DNA of 64,000 nucleotides from Albugo candida (Eukaryota): NCBI GenBank assembly GCA_040437565.1, contig JBDOQK010000020.1, positions 1 to 64,000 of the forward strand, read 5' to 3'. Shown piece by piece: positions 63,061 to 64,000 of this stretch (position 1 is its first letter; each line of letters starts with the position of its first letter). The notes under the pieces were generated by a model. It saw only the letters and a program-made list of their open reading frames with translations, ran no database searches and was not told where the DNA came from. The position numbers and the translations under genes were made by a program.

Positions 63061-64000
63061 TCCAGCCCCCACCTTTGATAAATTAACAGAAAGTGTCGCC
63101 TCTGGTTGGTCTGAATAGATGCTACGAAATACAACAATAATCAAACAAAAAGTGGCATTTCTGCCATTTTGTACGACTTAATCTAAGTCTATATCCAAAT
63201 CTACTGTTGCAGGTGTTGCTAGCGTTGTCAGTGCTGTTGGTGCTTCTGTTGCTTTTTGACGGCAGCTTCTGGCATTGTCGCCTGTCTTTTGGCATTTCCG
63301 ACATCTTCGGCGATGCACAGGAGCATCCAAAAAAGCAGTAACATGCTCTAACTTCGATGGAAGTCGCTTCGTTGAGCTCGATGGCCTACCACGTGTGCGA
63401 ACTTGCACAGGATCGCGAATTTCTGTCTCTGGGACTGCCAAGACATGCTCTAGCAGCGCACGCTTACGATGATTGGAGGCATCCTCATATTTATCAGTAA
63501 TCTATTTCAATTCCAATTGTCATGCTCCCCAGCCTCAATATGAATTTGGCATTGGCTGTACCAGCCACCAATGCTGATCAAAATCATTAACAGACAGCGG
63601 TATTACTTGATGACGAAAAGCATGGGCGCAAGGATATCCCATTGTGGATGTCGATAAGCCTACAGGTAGTTTAAAGTTGCAGTAAGTTGCACTTAATGTC
63701 ACGTATCGCAATTAATTGCACTTAGTCGCAGTCTATGAACCTTGACAATCTCAGTCATCACTAAGCCACTGCTGGTACTGCCGATGAGCTGAGCGCAGAC
63801 CTGCTACTGAAATATTCCCCATCACCTCTGAGAACATGGAACCAAGCTGCATCGTGCCTATAGCCCACTGCTTTGCGTTTTGCTGCACAATGATAGCAAG
63901 CTGGCCTTCATAGGCAAGGCGAATTGCTGAGTCCACTGAGAGTAGATCACCTACAATAAATGAAATTTCAGATATATATGACTGCTGCCAGCATAATCAT
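63061..64000 (-). mobile_element. Second degenerate MULE transposase (3' part, continues beyond the window)
   Basis: VGDLLSVDSAIRLAY, STMGYPCAH...NDFDQHWWL, DPVQVRTRGRPSSSTKRLPSKLEHV and knuckle RRCRKCQKTGDNARSC; a terminal motif at 63061-63080. Confidence 0.88.

Overview
Eukaryotic, scaffolded genomic DNA with nine 100-N gaps. The compact genes, short (about 50-80 nt) GT-AG introns, oomycete-type INR/FPR promoter motif and gene content suggest an oomycete, probably an Albugo-like white rust (inference). A tightly packed housekeeping block at ~13.7-35.1 kb holds a UAA/SLC35B nucleotide-sugar transporter, PABP, a spliced mitochondrial-looking stand-alone Ffh/SRP54 M-domain protein (MAP67-like, not recovered as a whole by the ORF track), glutathione synthetase, RING1-like E3, PTAR1-like, CEP164-like, TPR, DHRS12-like SDR, UEV1/MMS2 and an F-box-LRR-ankyrin gene. 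It is flanked by gene-sparse, decayed DNA: two MULE transposase relics, an L1/Tx1-type LINE relic, an internally deleted chromoviral Gypsy LTR element, a 1,025-bp non-autonomous MULE with a 9-bp TSD, a MITE-like element, a bacterial/organellar-type LeuRS pseudogene, an intact six-exon BTB gene and an intact orphan secreted-protein gene. Direct duplications flanking most N-gaps are treated as assembly overlaps. All gene models and homologies were read by eye; no searches were run.
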